A stretch of DNA of 64,000 nucleotides, taken from contig CDMY01000219.1 of assembly GCA_001179505.1 (NCBI GenBank), positions 1-64,000 of the forward strand. Direction: 5' to 3'. Source of the DNA: Vitrella brassicaformis CCMP3155. Taxonomy: Eukaryota > Protista > Chromerida. Positions 27,055 to 40,223 of the stretch are shown piece after piece. Position 1 is the first letter of the stretch; the number at the start of each line of letters is the position of its first letter. The translations under genes were made by a program, and so were the position numbers. The notes beneath the pieces are model-generated. The model worked only from the letters and a program-made list of their open reading frames with translations, did no database searches and had not been told where the DNA came from.

Positions 27055-27961
27055 CTACGATCCGAGTGGCCGGCGGAAGATGAGCACCTGCTTCTCCCAC
27101 CCGTTGGCGTAGTGCTGCCATCCCGAACTCATGTGCAGTTGCGTCACCTGCACACACACATCGACATACACACACACACGCACAGACACACAGACAGACA
27201 GACACACAGACACACAGAAGGACATGGATGCACCGTTTTTGTTGGTATGTGTGTGGGTGCGCACCGCACCTCGCGCCACTCCTTCTCGTTCATGTAGATG
27301 CGGCTCTGGCCGAGCGACCTCTGGCGGCGCTTCCAGCCCTCATACGCCTCCAAACGCTTCCTGGAAGCGCCACACGCAGGCCGTGCACAAGGAAGGAAAG
27401 AACCCACACATCACACACACACATATCCATCCATCCATCGCAAGGCCGGGCTTTCGTCCTTTTCTCTTTGATGGGATGTATGGCTCACTCGTCGAGCACC
27501 ACGTGGCGGTGCTGCCACACGCGCCCGTGCTCGTCGGGGAACTCGTCGTCGACACGGTTGGAATACCTGGGGGCACGGCACACAGTCCATCCAGCGCACA
27601 GATCCTCCTTGCAATGGTGGATCTGCTCACTCGCACAGGCTGTTATCGAACACCTGCACCATCCATCCATCCAGCCATCAATCCATCCGGATCAGGTGGA
27701 TATGTCAGCTTCGCTCACCTCCTTCTCCTCCTCCTCGGGCGGGGCCGCCCCACCGCCCTGGCCAGCAGCAGCGCCGACGCCAGGCAGCGGTTCGCCATTC
27801 TGTGCGCCTAGCTGTGCGCAAAGATTCAATAGCTGTGCGCCGCCCGCAACTCCAGCCGCCGCCGCCGCAGCCTGCTGATGCCCTACTGCACCTGCTCCCG
27901 GGGGGAAAACCCGGGGCATCGCCCGCTTGAAACCAGGCTGAGCCTTAAACTTATCCGCCAT
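27055..27961 (-). CDS. CKS1: Cyclin-dependent kinase regulatory subunit (CKS1/suc1-like) with Ala/Gly-rich N-terminal extension
   Basis: Exons give YSNRV..QHRHVVL, YMNEKEWRE and MSSGWQHY...VLIFRRPL, matching the CKS consensus YS.KY..YRHV.L / LMSE.EWR / GW.HY...ILLFRRP. ATG 27961, TAG 27055-27057. Confidence 0.8.
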
Positions 27962-28057
27962 CTGCAACAAACTCCTATGAGATGATCACGCCGCGAAACA
28001 TGATGCATGCACTGGCTGACGGGGGCTGCCTGGGGGTCAAAGGATTCCGCCAGAGAA

Positions 28058-31000
28058 ATGCCTCCCCAGCCAGTGAAGCCCGCTCTCCGCACACTGGGCA
28101 CCAGGGTCATCCAATCATCACCCGCGCCACCAGCTCAATTATCAGCTCCTCCTGCTGGCAGTGGCAGAGACCACACGATTGACTTTGCCGTCGTCGAGAG
28201 CGCCCTCCATGCTCGCGGGTAATGCATATTATGCAAGCACAGCGCTGACACCCACCAGACCAGGCATGGTCTCTCTTTTTGTCTCTGTTGCCGTCCGTGT
28301 ACTTGTGTTGTGGCTGTGTGTGCCACCTGCAGGTATGGTGTGACGCCCATATCCATCCCGTCCGCTGCTGCCCAGAGCGAAAAGCCCCTCCTCCTGCCCG
28401 TGGTTGCCGGCGTTGCACACGTCTGCGAAATACGAGCCCCCTCTGACCCCGAAGCAAAGGCGGTGCTCAGAGCCATTGTCAGCTCCCATGCGCCGCGGGA
28501 AGAAGAGGATGAGGACGAGGAGTCCTTCGTTGAGAGCCTCCTGGTGGACATCAGGGCGGTCAGTGAGGAAGGCGAGGATGACAGCCCCCGTCGAAAGAGC
28601 CGGCGGGCGTGCGAGGTGGCCATGGATGACGAGCTCAAAACGGTGCTCAAGGCGGCGACCATGAGGCATCCGACGGTGCGGTCGAAGCTTTTCGGGTCTA
28701 TGGCGGTGGCGCACTCACTCGCGTACCCCCTCACAGTAGCCGATATGGCTCATATGGCCGCCGACACCGCCCAAGCTCCGTGGAAGGTGTTTCTCAGTGT
28801 CCTCAGCCTTCGCACAGGTCAAAGAGAGACTGATACAAAGACGCAAGGGACCACAGAATGTCACTCACGTTTCACATGTCATTTATGTATGCATCAGGTG
28901 AGGTGGCGGTGAGTGTGCGTCTGCCTCCCCTCCTTGTCTGCCGTCGGCGAGTCCCACCAGCAGCCGACAAGACCGCTGAGGCACTCAGCCCACGCTCCCG
29001 CCGCATGCGAAGATACAGCTACGAGCCTGTCGAGGCCGCCGCCACACCAAGGACGCCGGGCACCCCTGCGATAAGGCACCGCGTACCAAGCCACTTTGTG
29101 TCCCCCAGAAGCACACCTGCACCGAAGTCTGCGGGTCGGGCGGGACCGCCCCGTCGGCTGCGGACAGGCATACAGTACAAGTTGGACGAGAGGAGGAGAC
29201 ATGCTTTGCTCAGCGAAGGGCATGTGGAGTCTCCCCCTCGATCGCATTCCCTACAGAGTGCCGAGGACAGGATGGAGGCAGAGGAGAAGGCGCGCAAAGA
29301 GGGGCGACTCTTCACGCCCCTGATGCAGCAGAGGCTCGCAGCCAGCGCGGCTGAGAGCGGGGCCTCCACACGGCGGCGGCCGCGTCTGAAGGAGGTGGTT
29401 CAGCGTGTGATGCGGCAGCTGGCCATGATGCGCATGGGGGCCATGTTCGAGGGCTACCAGCTGCAGATCAAGTGGATGCAGCTCGTCGCACACGCTTCCT
29501 TTTTCACCTTCTTCTTCAAGAGGAAACGGGAGCTGGCCATCGTGAGGACCGACCGAGAGCTGTGGACGGTGGGCATGATGGCGTCCGTCTATGCCGCCAT
29601 CCGCATGCAGGTCAGGTCAAGGAGGAGGGCGAAAGGACACAAAGGGCAGCCAGTCGCATTTTGTGTGTTTTGCTGGAAGGGCGGGTGGGCGTGGCGTTCT
29701 GTTTGTGTGTGTGTGGTGAAGTGTAGGTGTTTCTTGCGGCACTGAGGTTGCGGTCTCCAGTGGCTTTCTGGTCCAACAACCTGACGGCCCTGCTGCATCC
29801 ACGCCCCCCGATCACACAGCAACAAGCTGACAGGGCGAAAGGTGAGGAGGGAGGGAGACATGGACCACTGCCTCAGAGAGCACCAGCTGATGCATCCATC
29901 AATGGCAATTTCTCTCTCCTTTGTCTGCCTGCCCGCCTGCAGCCCTGATTGCCCCCCTGCTCTCCCTCATCCCTCAGCCGCTTCCAAGACGGCTGCCATC
30001 CAGACCTCTCACCACACACTCCATCCAGAGAAACAGGCAACACGACACCAGCCACCGAGACCACGACCGGCCTCCCACCCACCCCACAGCCACCACAGCA
30101 GCAGCTGGGGCTGCTCCAGCTGCTCCACGTCCACCGAGCCCCAGTAGTGGCAGCTTCCCCAACCTGGTCGAGGCCATGGCGAGTGTGCCGCAGTCGGCTG
30201 TATCGGTGGCTGCCCAGCCCCCGCCCAATCATGAGGTCTACAAGATTATGACAAGCCGGCCGGTGAGCAGCCAGCCGTCGAGCAAGGAGTCGTACAAGAG
30301 CGACAAAGGGGCTTTTTTTGACTGCGAGAATGACGCGGCGCTCATCCTGAGGCCAAAGTCGACTGACACGGATACCAAAGAGCAGCGGCAGGATGAGATG
30401 GGAGGCAGAGACACGACTGATGGCGGCCCCGTGGAGGGTCCCCGGACACGCACTCCACTCAAGAGCACCCCTGGCACATCCGTCACGCCTCAACAGCCTC
30501 CCCAATCACCCCTGCGGATCCCCCTGCTGCCCCTGCAGAAATTGCCACACGAGCCGACGACGAGCAGACAAACACATCGGCAGGCGGCCAACGCCCACAC
30601 ATCGCCCAGACAGGACGGCGTGAGCTTCGACCACTCCTACTCAATGACCTGCTCCAGCAGAGCCTCGAGTCCGCGCAAGAGAGCTACTGGGGAGTATTTT
30701 CACAGAAGGGACCCCGGCTACGATGTGAGGTCGACCGAGCCCCTCTCTGATCGGAATTTGGAGAGATTTGGCTTTGTCCTGGGCAGGAAGCTCAAGACGA
30801 CCACCACCAGCAGCCCGCTGACCTTCCTCGACGTGCGCAACCGCACACTCAAAGGGCGAAACACCACCACCCACATGACAGCCGAGGATGCCGCCCGCAG
30901 GATGGCTACACACATCGAGCACCACCTCGTCCCTTTCCGCTGCGATGGCTCCTTGCTCCCCCTGCTGCCTCTCCCTCCACCCATGTGGCCCCTCACGGCC

Positions 31001-33575
31001 ACCGCAAGCGAGAAATTCCGCTCATCAGCTCGTCGCGCCAGCCAAATTTCGGAGAGCAGACGCGTGAGCACGGCCCTGCAGGCTCCCGCCGCCAGCTCGA
31101 GCGCATCTGAGAGTGGTACTTCCGAGAGCGCCTCTGCGTCGGGAGAGCCGCAGACGACAGCTCATGAGGACCGCCGGATCGAGGCCATGATTGACCGGCA
31201 TAGAGCGCGCTTGTCTGCGGGCCAGAAGAGGAAGCGCCGTAGCAAGCTCACGTATGCGGTGGCGCTGTTCCACCACCTTTTGAAGGCGAACAAGGCGCAG
31301 CGGCGCCGGGCGAGGGGGAGGGGGGAGGAGCCGCAGGCTCTGGCGTTGGGCCGGAGGGACTCGTGGATGCTGCAGCTCGGTGAGTGAACCCATCCAAAAC
31401 ACAACACAACACAACACAACACAAGAAAGCGAAAAACACACACGGTCTTCTTGCATGTCTGTCAGAGTCGCTGCTGCAGCAGGGTGTGGACGTCAACATC
31501 TCGCCTGACGCACTGCTGCAGACCCTCGAGGGCCGCACCATCTCCCGCCAGATCGCACAGAGGATCAAGCGCATCCACATGGACGAAGAGGCCGCAACGA
31601 GCGCTGAGAAAGGGGGAGCCAGAGGAATGAAGATGGAGGACTATCGCAAGATGGAGCGCAACTTCCTCCGGAGGTTGCGCGAGAAGCGGGCGCAGAAACT
31701 CGCCGAGTGAGTGAGTGGCTGACCCCGCCATTCACCAGCAACGTGACGTGTCTCTCTCACGTGCTTTCGTTGCATGTTGTATGTGTGCAGGCGTAGCGCT
31801 GCTGCGTTTAAGCGATTGCTGCGGCAGGGGTCTTTTCGCTCGAGGGTGTCGCTCGAGTACTTTGACGAGCAGGTCATAGCGCGACGCATGCCCTCTCTGC
31901 AGAGGCTGAGGGTCCTCCTGCTGGTCGCAAGTGGCAACGAGGGCGTGCTGTATGACTATGAGGAAGCCGATTCGCGCCGATGCATCCAGGACCACGCCCA
32001 CGTAGGAAGCGGAGCACCTGTGTCTCGTGTTCTGTTTGTTTGTGTGTGTGTCTCCATGCGTAGCCCTTTTTTTTCCCTTCCTTGTCAGCTTCGCGCACTC
32101 ACCCGCCGCAATGGCCTGCCTGGACCAGATTCCACAGTCCACTCAAGAGTGTATAATTGCACCGCACCAAGCCGTGTGTGACCGGTGTCCACCGCTTGCC
32201 TGTGTGGGTGTGTGTGGACACTTTTTGTGCGGTCCCTTTATGCAGGACACTGACTGGCTTGCTCGAGGCTGCGGTGTTCCGGCAGGCTGCCCTCTTCGAC
32301 CGTGCCAACAAAGACAGGGAGGCCGTGCGGCAGAAAGCCATGGCGCACAAGACATATGCGGTGAGTGATAGACACCTCAACAAGCCCTCTCAGCTCTTTT
32401 CTATTTCCACCACCAGGCCAGCCTGCCGTCCGGATCGCGCCTCATGTTTGAATCAGAGGGCCCCCTGGCCAGGTCTCGCAACGAGCTGCTCAATAAGATG
32501 AAGCGCATGGAGGTGCTGGCCGTCAACCCCAGGCACAGAAGAGGCGGCCTCACTGCCGACCACAGGCGGCCGGCGACGACCGAGCGGGCGGTTGAGGGCG
32601 GTGTGGGTGAGGAGTGCGTGGCGTCCAAGTGGGGGCCGTTTGTCGTGGGGCGGTTGGAGTCGAGGCGGAGGACATCCGTCTTGTCCACCAGGGGCACGAC
32701 TCCTGCAGGCCTGTACAACCTGCGTGTTGGTGGGCCTGATGACGCGCTCAAACAGCAGGTCAACACCGTAGACGGCATCATCAAGTAAAGGAACCAACCA
32801 GCCAAATAGTGCTTACCGACAACCATGGGTGTCACTTCATCCCTCCTCCCCTTGCAGGCGGGAGGAGCTGTACGATCGCCATCGGCGTCGGTCCATGTCT
32901 CCCGGCCACCGGGCATCGTCGCCCCCGTCCCCCCTCTCGCGGCCGGCAGCATCGCCCACCACCCACCAGCCAACCGAACGGGGCACATCCCCGTCGCCAT
33001 TCGGCCATGAGCGTGTGGTGTCTCCTCAAGCAACCACACAGGCCTCGCTGAGAGGGTGGTCCAGGGGGGTTGAGGCGTGGGCAGATCTGAAGGGCAAGGA
33101 CACGGAGAGGAAGGCTGATGCGGCCGTCTCTGTGCGGCCGACAACTACTGCCACCGGCGGCGGCAGCAAACTGCGAGAAGCGACGTATGAGTACTTCGGT
33201 GAGTTTTGAAATGGCCCTGGGATTCCCCACCATACATGTCATGTCTCTGTGATGACGTGCGTCTCTGGTGCAGAGAAGTGTTTCTCAATGACCTACGACA
33301 TCGCTGGTCTGATCAAGGAGCTGGATCACACCCTAGACCAGAGCAGAGAGCTGCTGACGGCCACGCAGAAGAGGAGGAGCAAGTACCAATTGTATCAGTA
33401 CCTTTATGGGCGAGAGAACGACAGTGCTTCCGGGAGCGGGGAGGATTCTGACACTGTCAGGGGAGAGAAGAAGGCATGGAGAGGAGGGGGTAAGCCGAAC
33501 AAGGGTGCGATGCATGTGAATGTCATCAGAAGAAGGCATCAGCCCAGGACAGGTGGACGGGACAGGTGGCAGTGA
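28058..33575 (+). CDS. Large multi-exon hypothetical protein with low-complexity Ser/Pro/Arg-rich regions
   Basis: ATG 28058 exon splices in frame to the ORF at 28310. Successive long ORFs (28858-29745, 29921-31387, 31384-31710, 32444-32788, 33249-33575) are bounded by GT-AG introns. No recognised domain; 3' end uncertain. Confidence 0.55.
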
Positions 33576-33660
33576 GTGAGTGAGTCGATCTGCGCGTACA
33601 CGTGTGGTGTAGCTTCCTTCCTTTGTTGGATTTGTGTATGCTTTCTCCTCCTCCTTCGGG

Positions 33661-35927
33661 GACGCTTTGTGCCCGTCTACCTGGATGGTTTTGATTGCGA
33701 TGGGCCCCTGCTGCTTCCCCCCACCCACCGCTCGCGTACCCTCACCCTCACCCTCACACACACCACCATATGGACATCGTTGCCTTTGTCGGGCCGGGAG
33801 CGTTTCTTGGATGCTGCCTTTGCCTTTGGTGGGGGCGGGCTGGCGAGCAGCCGCTTGGTGCGCTTGTCCTTGAGCACCTGCCGCAGCTGCACGAGGCTCA
33901 TGGATGGCAGCACGATGGCCGTCCTTCATGTCGCCGTCATGGCCGTCACTGGAAGAGGAGGATGAGCCGAGAAGGGGAGAGAAAGGGAGATGGGGTCAGA
34001 CGACGGAGCGGGGCTGCTGCCAGCCACCAGTAACACCAAGCAGAAAACACGGCAATTTTTCCGGTTTCGTGAAATTGGCTGGGGGCGTCTCCTTTGCTGG
34101 CAAAGGAATCGCCGCCAAGGCTTCTCCATCCCTTTTCCCTTTCCTGTCTGAGCATTGCAGCCCACGGCTGCCTGCCACTGGTTGCTTTGCCATGAGACCT
34201 TGTGACACGACGCCTCGCACCAGGCCAGAGAGCGCCGCGCAGCCCGCTGCTTGCCCGCTGCCTTCGTTTCTCCGGTCCCGAGGCCTCTCTGGGTGTCCCT
34301 GACTGAGCGTCCCTTCACCATTTGAGTTGCCTGCGGCTCTCGAGACGGTGAGCGAGACGAGGCGGCCGGGGGCTGACTGCCACGCCGTCACAGTGTGCCA
34401 GTAGACGGGATGGCTCTGTTCCGTTTGGCGCATGTCATTGCAGATGGCATCCGTCGTGCCGACCCTTCTGCTTAAGGCCCTGGTGCTCGCCTCCTGCGTC
34501 GCCCTGGCCACTTGCAAGAGCTCCGGACTGGCCAGCCTGAGCCGTGCGAAGTCCGCATGATAGCCGAAGACACCGAACGCACGGAAACCAATGAAACGGT
34601 GAGACGTCGGACAAGATGGCCTTATGACGCTTCTGTGTCGTCTACACACAGGCACAGATCTACGGGGACCAGATGATGACGGAGTGCCCACACAAAGAGA
34701 CCTGTGTCGTCAACGAGGTGAGCTAGGAATCGATAGATGCGGGAGCGCATTTCATATGCCCTTGTCCTGGCTCTCCGGACGACGGATACAGATGGCCAGG
34801 ACCAATGACAAAGGAGTGGGCACATGCGAGGCATTGGAGACGGAAGAGGACGTGGCCAAACGCTGCAACTCGGCTGGTAGGATGCTGGTCGGCTGGTTCG
34901 GTCTGGAGACCTGGTGCATGGCCGCCAAGGACGTGGTGAGAAGGAGCAAGCCACAGCGGCTCAGATGTGTTTGCAACAACTTCATGTCCAATCATGTGTG
35001 TGTCCCTGCCTTGTCTCGTGTGAGACAGGAGTTCGTCGAGAGGTTCCAGCCCTTTCCGGGCGGCGGCGTGTTCGAGGGCGGTGACCTCATGTCAACGGAG
35101 ACGCGGGACCACAGGACGATCATCAAATTCTGGCCTGGACACCCGAAGTGGGAGAAGAACAGAAGTGAGTCAGACTCTGAGACAGACTCTGAGACAGACA
35201 GACAGACAGACAGACGGATAAGAATACATGTGGAGCCCCCCGCCTGCCGTTTGCATTTTGACCTACTTGATCGGTACTTACACACATGCACGGGTGTGTG
35301 TCTTCTGTCTGCTATGCAGAGGCTGCCCGTCAGGCACACATGAGGCTCCATAAAGAGGAAGACATGAGGGCCTACAAGAAGCTCCAGGAAGAGAGAGCCA
35401 TGAGCCGCATGCGCGCGCAGGCACAGAGAGAGTACATGGGCCTCATGTACGGAGCCCAGTAGCCGACTGACTGAGTGAGTGAGTGAGTGAGTGGACAGAG
35501 ATGGACGGGCTGCTATTTCTTTTCACGACTGTGTGCCAAAGGAGGATCGATCAAGAAGGACCACACCGAGACAGATAGACAAACTCAGAGAGTCGGGGTC
35601 AGTGAGTGCATGACAGACAGACCTCCCACACGTTTTCGTTGAACGGGCGGACCAAACAAGTCGGGCAGTCGGCCTTACCGTATGGACATTCCACACCCAT
35701 ACACGGACAGCTGTGGGTGCCTGTCGGCCACAGATCGACATACACACAGAGAGATGCCCAACGGATTGACCGCATTGTCATCGCAGACAGGCCAGGTGCC
35801 GCGCTCAAACAGGCAGGCGCCCAAACACTCAGCGTCCCACACCCGTCTGCACACATCCTGCATCCACAGCAGTTACTAGTACTGTCTGGTTATCTGCCGC
35901 GCATCGCGGAAAAACGACGAATCGCTC
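33661..35927. repeat. Copy A of an inverted ~2.2 kb paralogous segment (partner 44520-46707)
   Basis: Many stretches here are the reverse complement of 44520-46707, e.g. gatggttttgattgcgatgggccc vs gggcccatcgcaatcaaaaccatc, and cagttactagtactgtctgg vs ccagacagtactagtaactg. Numerous substitutions and indels. Confidence 0.9.
34444..35462 (+). pseudogene. Secreted Cys-rich protein, paralog A, frameshifted right after the signal peptide
   Basis: MASVVPTLLLKALVLASCVALATCKS is followed by a 1-nt deletion relative to paralog B (aagagctcc vs aagagcctcc). Downstream exons: AQIYGDQMMTECPHKETCVVNE, GVGTCEALETEEDVAKRCN, ETWCMAAKDV, ...YMGLMYGAQ*. Confidence 0.6.
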
Positions 35928-36037
35928 GGTCAGGCCAGAAAAACGCTCAGCCCTTTGCTGTCCGTCTCCCGCTCGGTCATTGTCTCTGTCTGTGTGTCGG
36001 TGTCTGTGTCTGTGTGTGTGGGGGGTGTGCATTGCAG

Positions 36038-37095
36038 GGGTTGCTTGACAGGCAGGACAGACTCCGAGCAGATCTCGGCAAGGAGGAAGGAAACCGCACC
36101 ATCGCCAAGGTGAGAGCAATACACACACACACACACTCACCCCCAGGACGTATCGGCTGTCTCTCTGTCTGTATGTCTCTGTGTGTGGGGGTTGCAGCCA
36201 GTTCTCGACGCACAGCAGGGCCCCTACCGTGTGCGAGATCCCGCCCCCTACCTCAAGTGGACACCGCCTCTCCAGGCCATGTGAGCAGATGGAACAAGCA
36301 GCAAGCAAGCAAGGGAGAGACGGGCACACTGGCCTGTATGCTTGCAGCTTCTTGGAGGCCGTGACGGTTGGGGGCGGCCCCCACAAGTGCACGCCTCTGC
36401 AGATATTGGGATACATGAGGACGGCGAATCATGAGCTCATTGCCGAGGTCGGCCTCACCAAGTCCCACGTGAGCAACTACCTGAAGAAGCACCGAAGAAT
36501 GGCCAGACTAGAGGCGCAACACAACGCGCACGCAGCGGAGGCCGCCCATCCGCCCACGAGCCCATCCCCACCAGCCACCGCTGCCAAGCGGCAGCTGGTG
36601 GTGGCCGCCCATCCGCCCACGAGCCCATCCCCACCAGCCACCACTGCCAAGCGGCCGAAGGTGGTGGCCTCACCCTCGCCGTCACCCAGCCCGTCGGCCT
36701 ACGGTCTGCAGCTAGGTGGGATTGGCAACGATGCGGAGACCGAGCGGTGTGAGAAGGAGACCCAGCCGACGCGCCAGTATTTTGATGCTCTTCTGCAAAA
36801 GAAAGCCCCCCGTCGTCAGATCACACCCACCCATTCAGCCGCCCATCCACACTCATGTCGGCCGCCCCCAAGCACTGCGAATACGAGCGCATCTCTCGCC
36901 TGCAGCAGCTCGTTCCTCGGGCCGGTGGTGACGGCCCCCCACCCGCCCACACAGCAGCGTGTCCACCATGTTTGTGGGTCGGCGAGGCCACCTCCTGGAT
37001 ATCGAGTGGTGCTGCCACCACCGCTCGGCCCATTTCGGGATCCTCTCTTCACAGCGGATGACCCACACCCGTTGAGGAGGACGGCAATCAGGTAG
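36038..37095 (+). CDS. GARP/SHAQKYF-class Myb-like transcription factor; start codon not located
   Basis: Removing a GT-AG intron at about 36281-36347 gives YLKWTPPLQAIFLEAVTVGGGPHKCTPLQILGYM...GLTKSHVSNYLKKHRR, matching the GARP consensus WT.ELH..F..AV..LGG..KATPK.IL..M...LT...V.SHLQKYR. A Pro-rich tail follows, with a 63-bp tandem duplication at 36541-36666. Confidence 0.8.
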
Positions 37096-37555
37096 GTGGA
37101 TGGATGGATGGATGGGGTGCGGGGAGTCCGTGAGGTCTCTTTGTTGGAGGAGGGGAGGGAATGGCAATGATAGGACTGCGAGTGGGAGGTGTGACTTGGG
37201 GACGTGTGTGTTATGACATGTATTGTCATGATTCCGCGAATCGGGCTGACACTTCAGCACGGTCGTCGTCTTTCTCAGACGGAAGGCGTCCGGTCAGACA
37301 AAACGGTCGATCACGGTCGAACTAAAAAAACAAAGGGTCATTCCACACCAGTGCTGTGCTGGCACCCCCACTGCTCACCCAGCACGTTGAAACCTGGAAG
37401 CACCATCACATCGGTTCAAGCTCGCAGTGCCACTCGGAAAGGCGCGGTGATTCCAGGCCCGATCTTCACGTTTGGGTTCACCGGAAGCCCATCCATCCAT
37501 CCATCCATCCGTCCATTCATCCATCTGATCTTGAGCCACTGGATCTCGGAAGTGA

Positions 37556-40223
37556 ATGAAGCCGCCGCCCGGGCGTCTGGCTATAGAAGATGCGTGCCGT
37601 TGTCTAGCCAGCGAGGGGCTGCCCGTCCAGCCCAAATGCGCCGAGGCTCTTCGGCGCGCCAAGCATGGCGAGCACGCGTCGGCCGAGGCGCTGCTGCCGC
37701 TCGTGGAGGACATGTGCCTCCTCTTCTGGGTGGAGGGACTCAAACAGCTCAAGCGCAAGACCCTCAACGCACAAGACCACCCGGCCGCTCCTCCCCCCGC
37801 CCTTTGCAGTGCGGGTAGCTTCCCATTCGTCGCATCGACGCTGAGATACCTGGAGTATCCCCGCTTGACGCAGCTGCTGACGAGCTACGAGCACCACCAG
37901 CGTGTCGAGCCGGCACGTCGTCGGTCACAGGACCACGCGGACACCAGTGGCCTCTTCCTCTTCTCGCGTGAGCTGTTGCTGACCCTGGCGTACCTGATTG
38001 CCACCAGATCGCTGCTGTCCGACTACCACCGCCCGAGGCCAGATCTGCCGTTCCTGCGCGATGAGGACATGGAAGGGGCCAAGTTGGTGGCCCCGGTCGA
38101 CACGTCATCCTTCCCGTCCGTGGTCAAGACCTCGGGTGACGCGACAACGACCTTCACGGCCAAGTTTGCGCGCAAGGGCCCTCTCGAGCTGGCCCGTGAT
38201 GACATCAGGAGGCGGCAGTCCTCCCCCACGCAGCGGCAGTCCCACTTGTCGATCATCAGCGTGACGCTGGCCAGCTGGCTGATGCAGATGACCCTGCGCG
38301 TCAAGTCCATCCATTCGTCGATCCGCCATCTCGACAGCCACCGGCTGCTGATGCTGCACCGGTTCGAGCAGAGGATCCGGGCCCTCATGAAGCTGTCGGG
38401 CAGCCACGACCTCGGCCCCCCCACTGTGTGCGACTTCACCATATGCCGCCAACCGTCTGTGTACGAGCAGGTCGTGGCTCAGCTGCAGCGCTATCAGCAG
38501 CTGGTGGAGCAGTGGCAGCGGCAGAGCGTCTTTTGGCGGTGGATGCAGACGGTCCTCGACGAGGCCGATCACATCGAGAGGGAGCGGAGGGATAGCAGGG
38601 GGGCAAGGGAGGAGGGGGCCGGTGGTTGGGAGGAGAGGGAGAGGGATGGTGAAAAGGCGCCGGGCAACTCTGTGGTACTGCCTGTGGATCCTTTCATGGT
38701 AGCACACACGCACGCCACTCCCACTCGCACATCTGACCTCTTCATGCGTGTCTGCCCGCCCCATAGTTATTGCAGAGCGGGGATCAGCTGTCCGAGAACG
38801 TGAGCTTCGTGTCTGCTTTGCTGACCCACAAGGGTCTGCCCGACCCCCTGCCAGTCAGCCCCTTCCCCTTCGCCGCCCTCATCGACAAGGGCAGCGGCTG
38901 CGGCAGCGCTGTGGCCCCCGACACACAGCACAACAGAGAGCCCTCCCAGGACACCATCGGATGGCTCAGCACGGTGCAGGTGCGTAAGCACACGGTGGCA
39001 TGTGTGTTGTGTGCATGGTGTCACTGTCGTGGCTTGGCTTGCAGCGATCGTACGTGTCGTCTGGTCACAAGCCGAAGGCCACGTTTGTGCCGGCCCATAG
39101 CGAGCCTGCGTTCTTCAACTTCGTGTCGGAGAAGTGGACGCGGATGATGAGCGAACAGAGGACGCAGGCACTCCAGCAAGTCCAGTCGGGGGACAGCACG
39201 CTCGAGGTGAGACAGCAGAGTGGACAGATGGATAGATAGAAGGGTTCTGTGTGCGGACTGGTCTGGTGGTGTGTCTGTTGGTTGGTGTGTAAATGTTTGT
39301 GTTGTGTGCAGGCTGAGCTTCTTTCGGCTTACCTGAATGCTGTAGCTTGTAAGCACTCACCCACCCTGCGCTCTGCAGAAACTGACTGACAGGCTGAGCA
39401 CATCCATTCATTTCTCGTGTGTATGCGTATGTGCAGCGGTCTGTGCCGCCTACCTGCCGCTGCCAGAAGACCTAGGCAAACACCTACACAGGGTAACAAC
39501 AGCCACACACACACACACACACACATACACACACACAGAGTGACGACGTCAGCTACACTCGCCCCTCTGATGTGTGTGTCTATCTATCTCTTTATAGATA
39601 GTGCTGGATTGGTCGCTGCTGTCACGGTCATCGTCTCCGTCCGACCCCTCGGCCGTCTGCCCCTCTGTGCGCTCCACCTCACCCCATCCCGCCTCACGCA
39701 CCCCGCCCCCTCCCATGCGCCAGCAGACCAACAAACCGCCCCAGCAGCAATGGCCCTTCCCCTTCCCCCCACAGCACAAGCCGACAGACAAGCGGCAGGC
39801 CGCCCTTGACAAGGCCCGCAGGTCCCACCTTAGGCTGCTGCGGCGGTCCGTCGGGGGGCTGGCGCACCTCGTCAAGCCGACCGACGTGTCCAACCCCTCT
39901 CTCTCCTCAAACAAGGGCAAGGAGACCCCTGTGTGTGCACCACCACCGGGTGTCGCAGCAGCAGCAGCAGCAGCAGGAGCGGCCGAGCAGCATGATAGTG
40001 GCGGTGACGGTGAGGGGACAGACGAGAGTGCGGCATTCCTTGCGCGTGAGAGCGAGGGCGAGGCGTGGGACGGTGACAAGACGCCCAGCTTTGTGTGGGC
40101 GCTGCGGCAGCGGCGGGCGGCCGAGGGGGCGCGGCAGCAAGAGCTGTCGAGCCATGTGCATGAGAGGCTGCGGCGCGTGACGGCCAAGATGGAGGCCAAG
40201 CTGGGCATCAGAGTGGTCCCATG
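37556..40223 (+). CDS. TEDC1: Tubulin epsilon and delta complex protein 1 (TEDC1/C14orf80) homolog, multi-exon
   Basis: EALRRAK, VASTLRYLEYPRL, SRELLLTLAYLI and FWRWMQTVLD match recalled TEDC1 motifs (EIFRRAKF, VKSAL...GYPR, GSRELLLAL.WL, FW.WM.TVL). Stop at 40221-40223. Confidence 0.72.
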
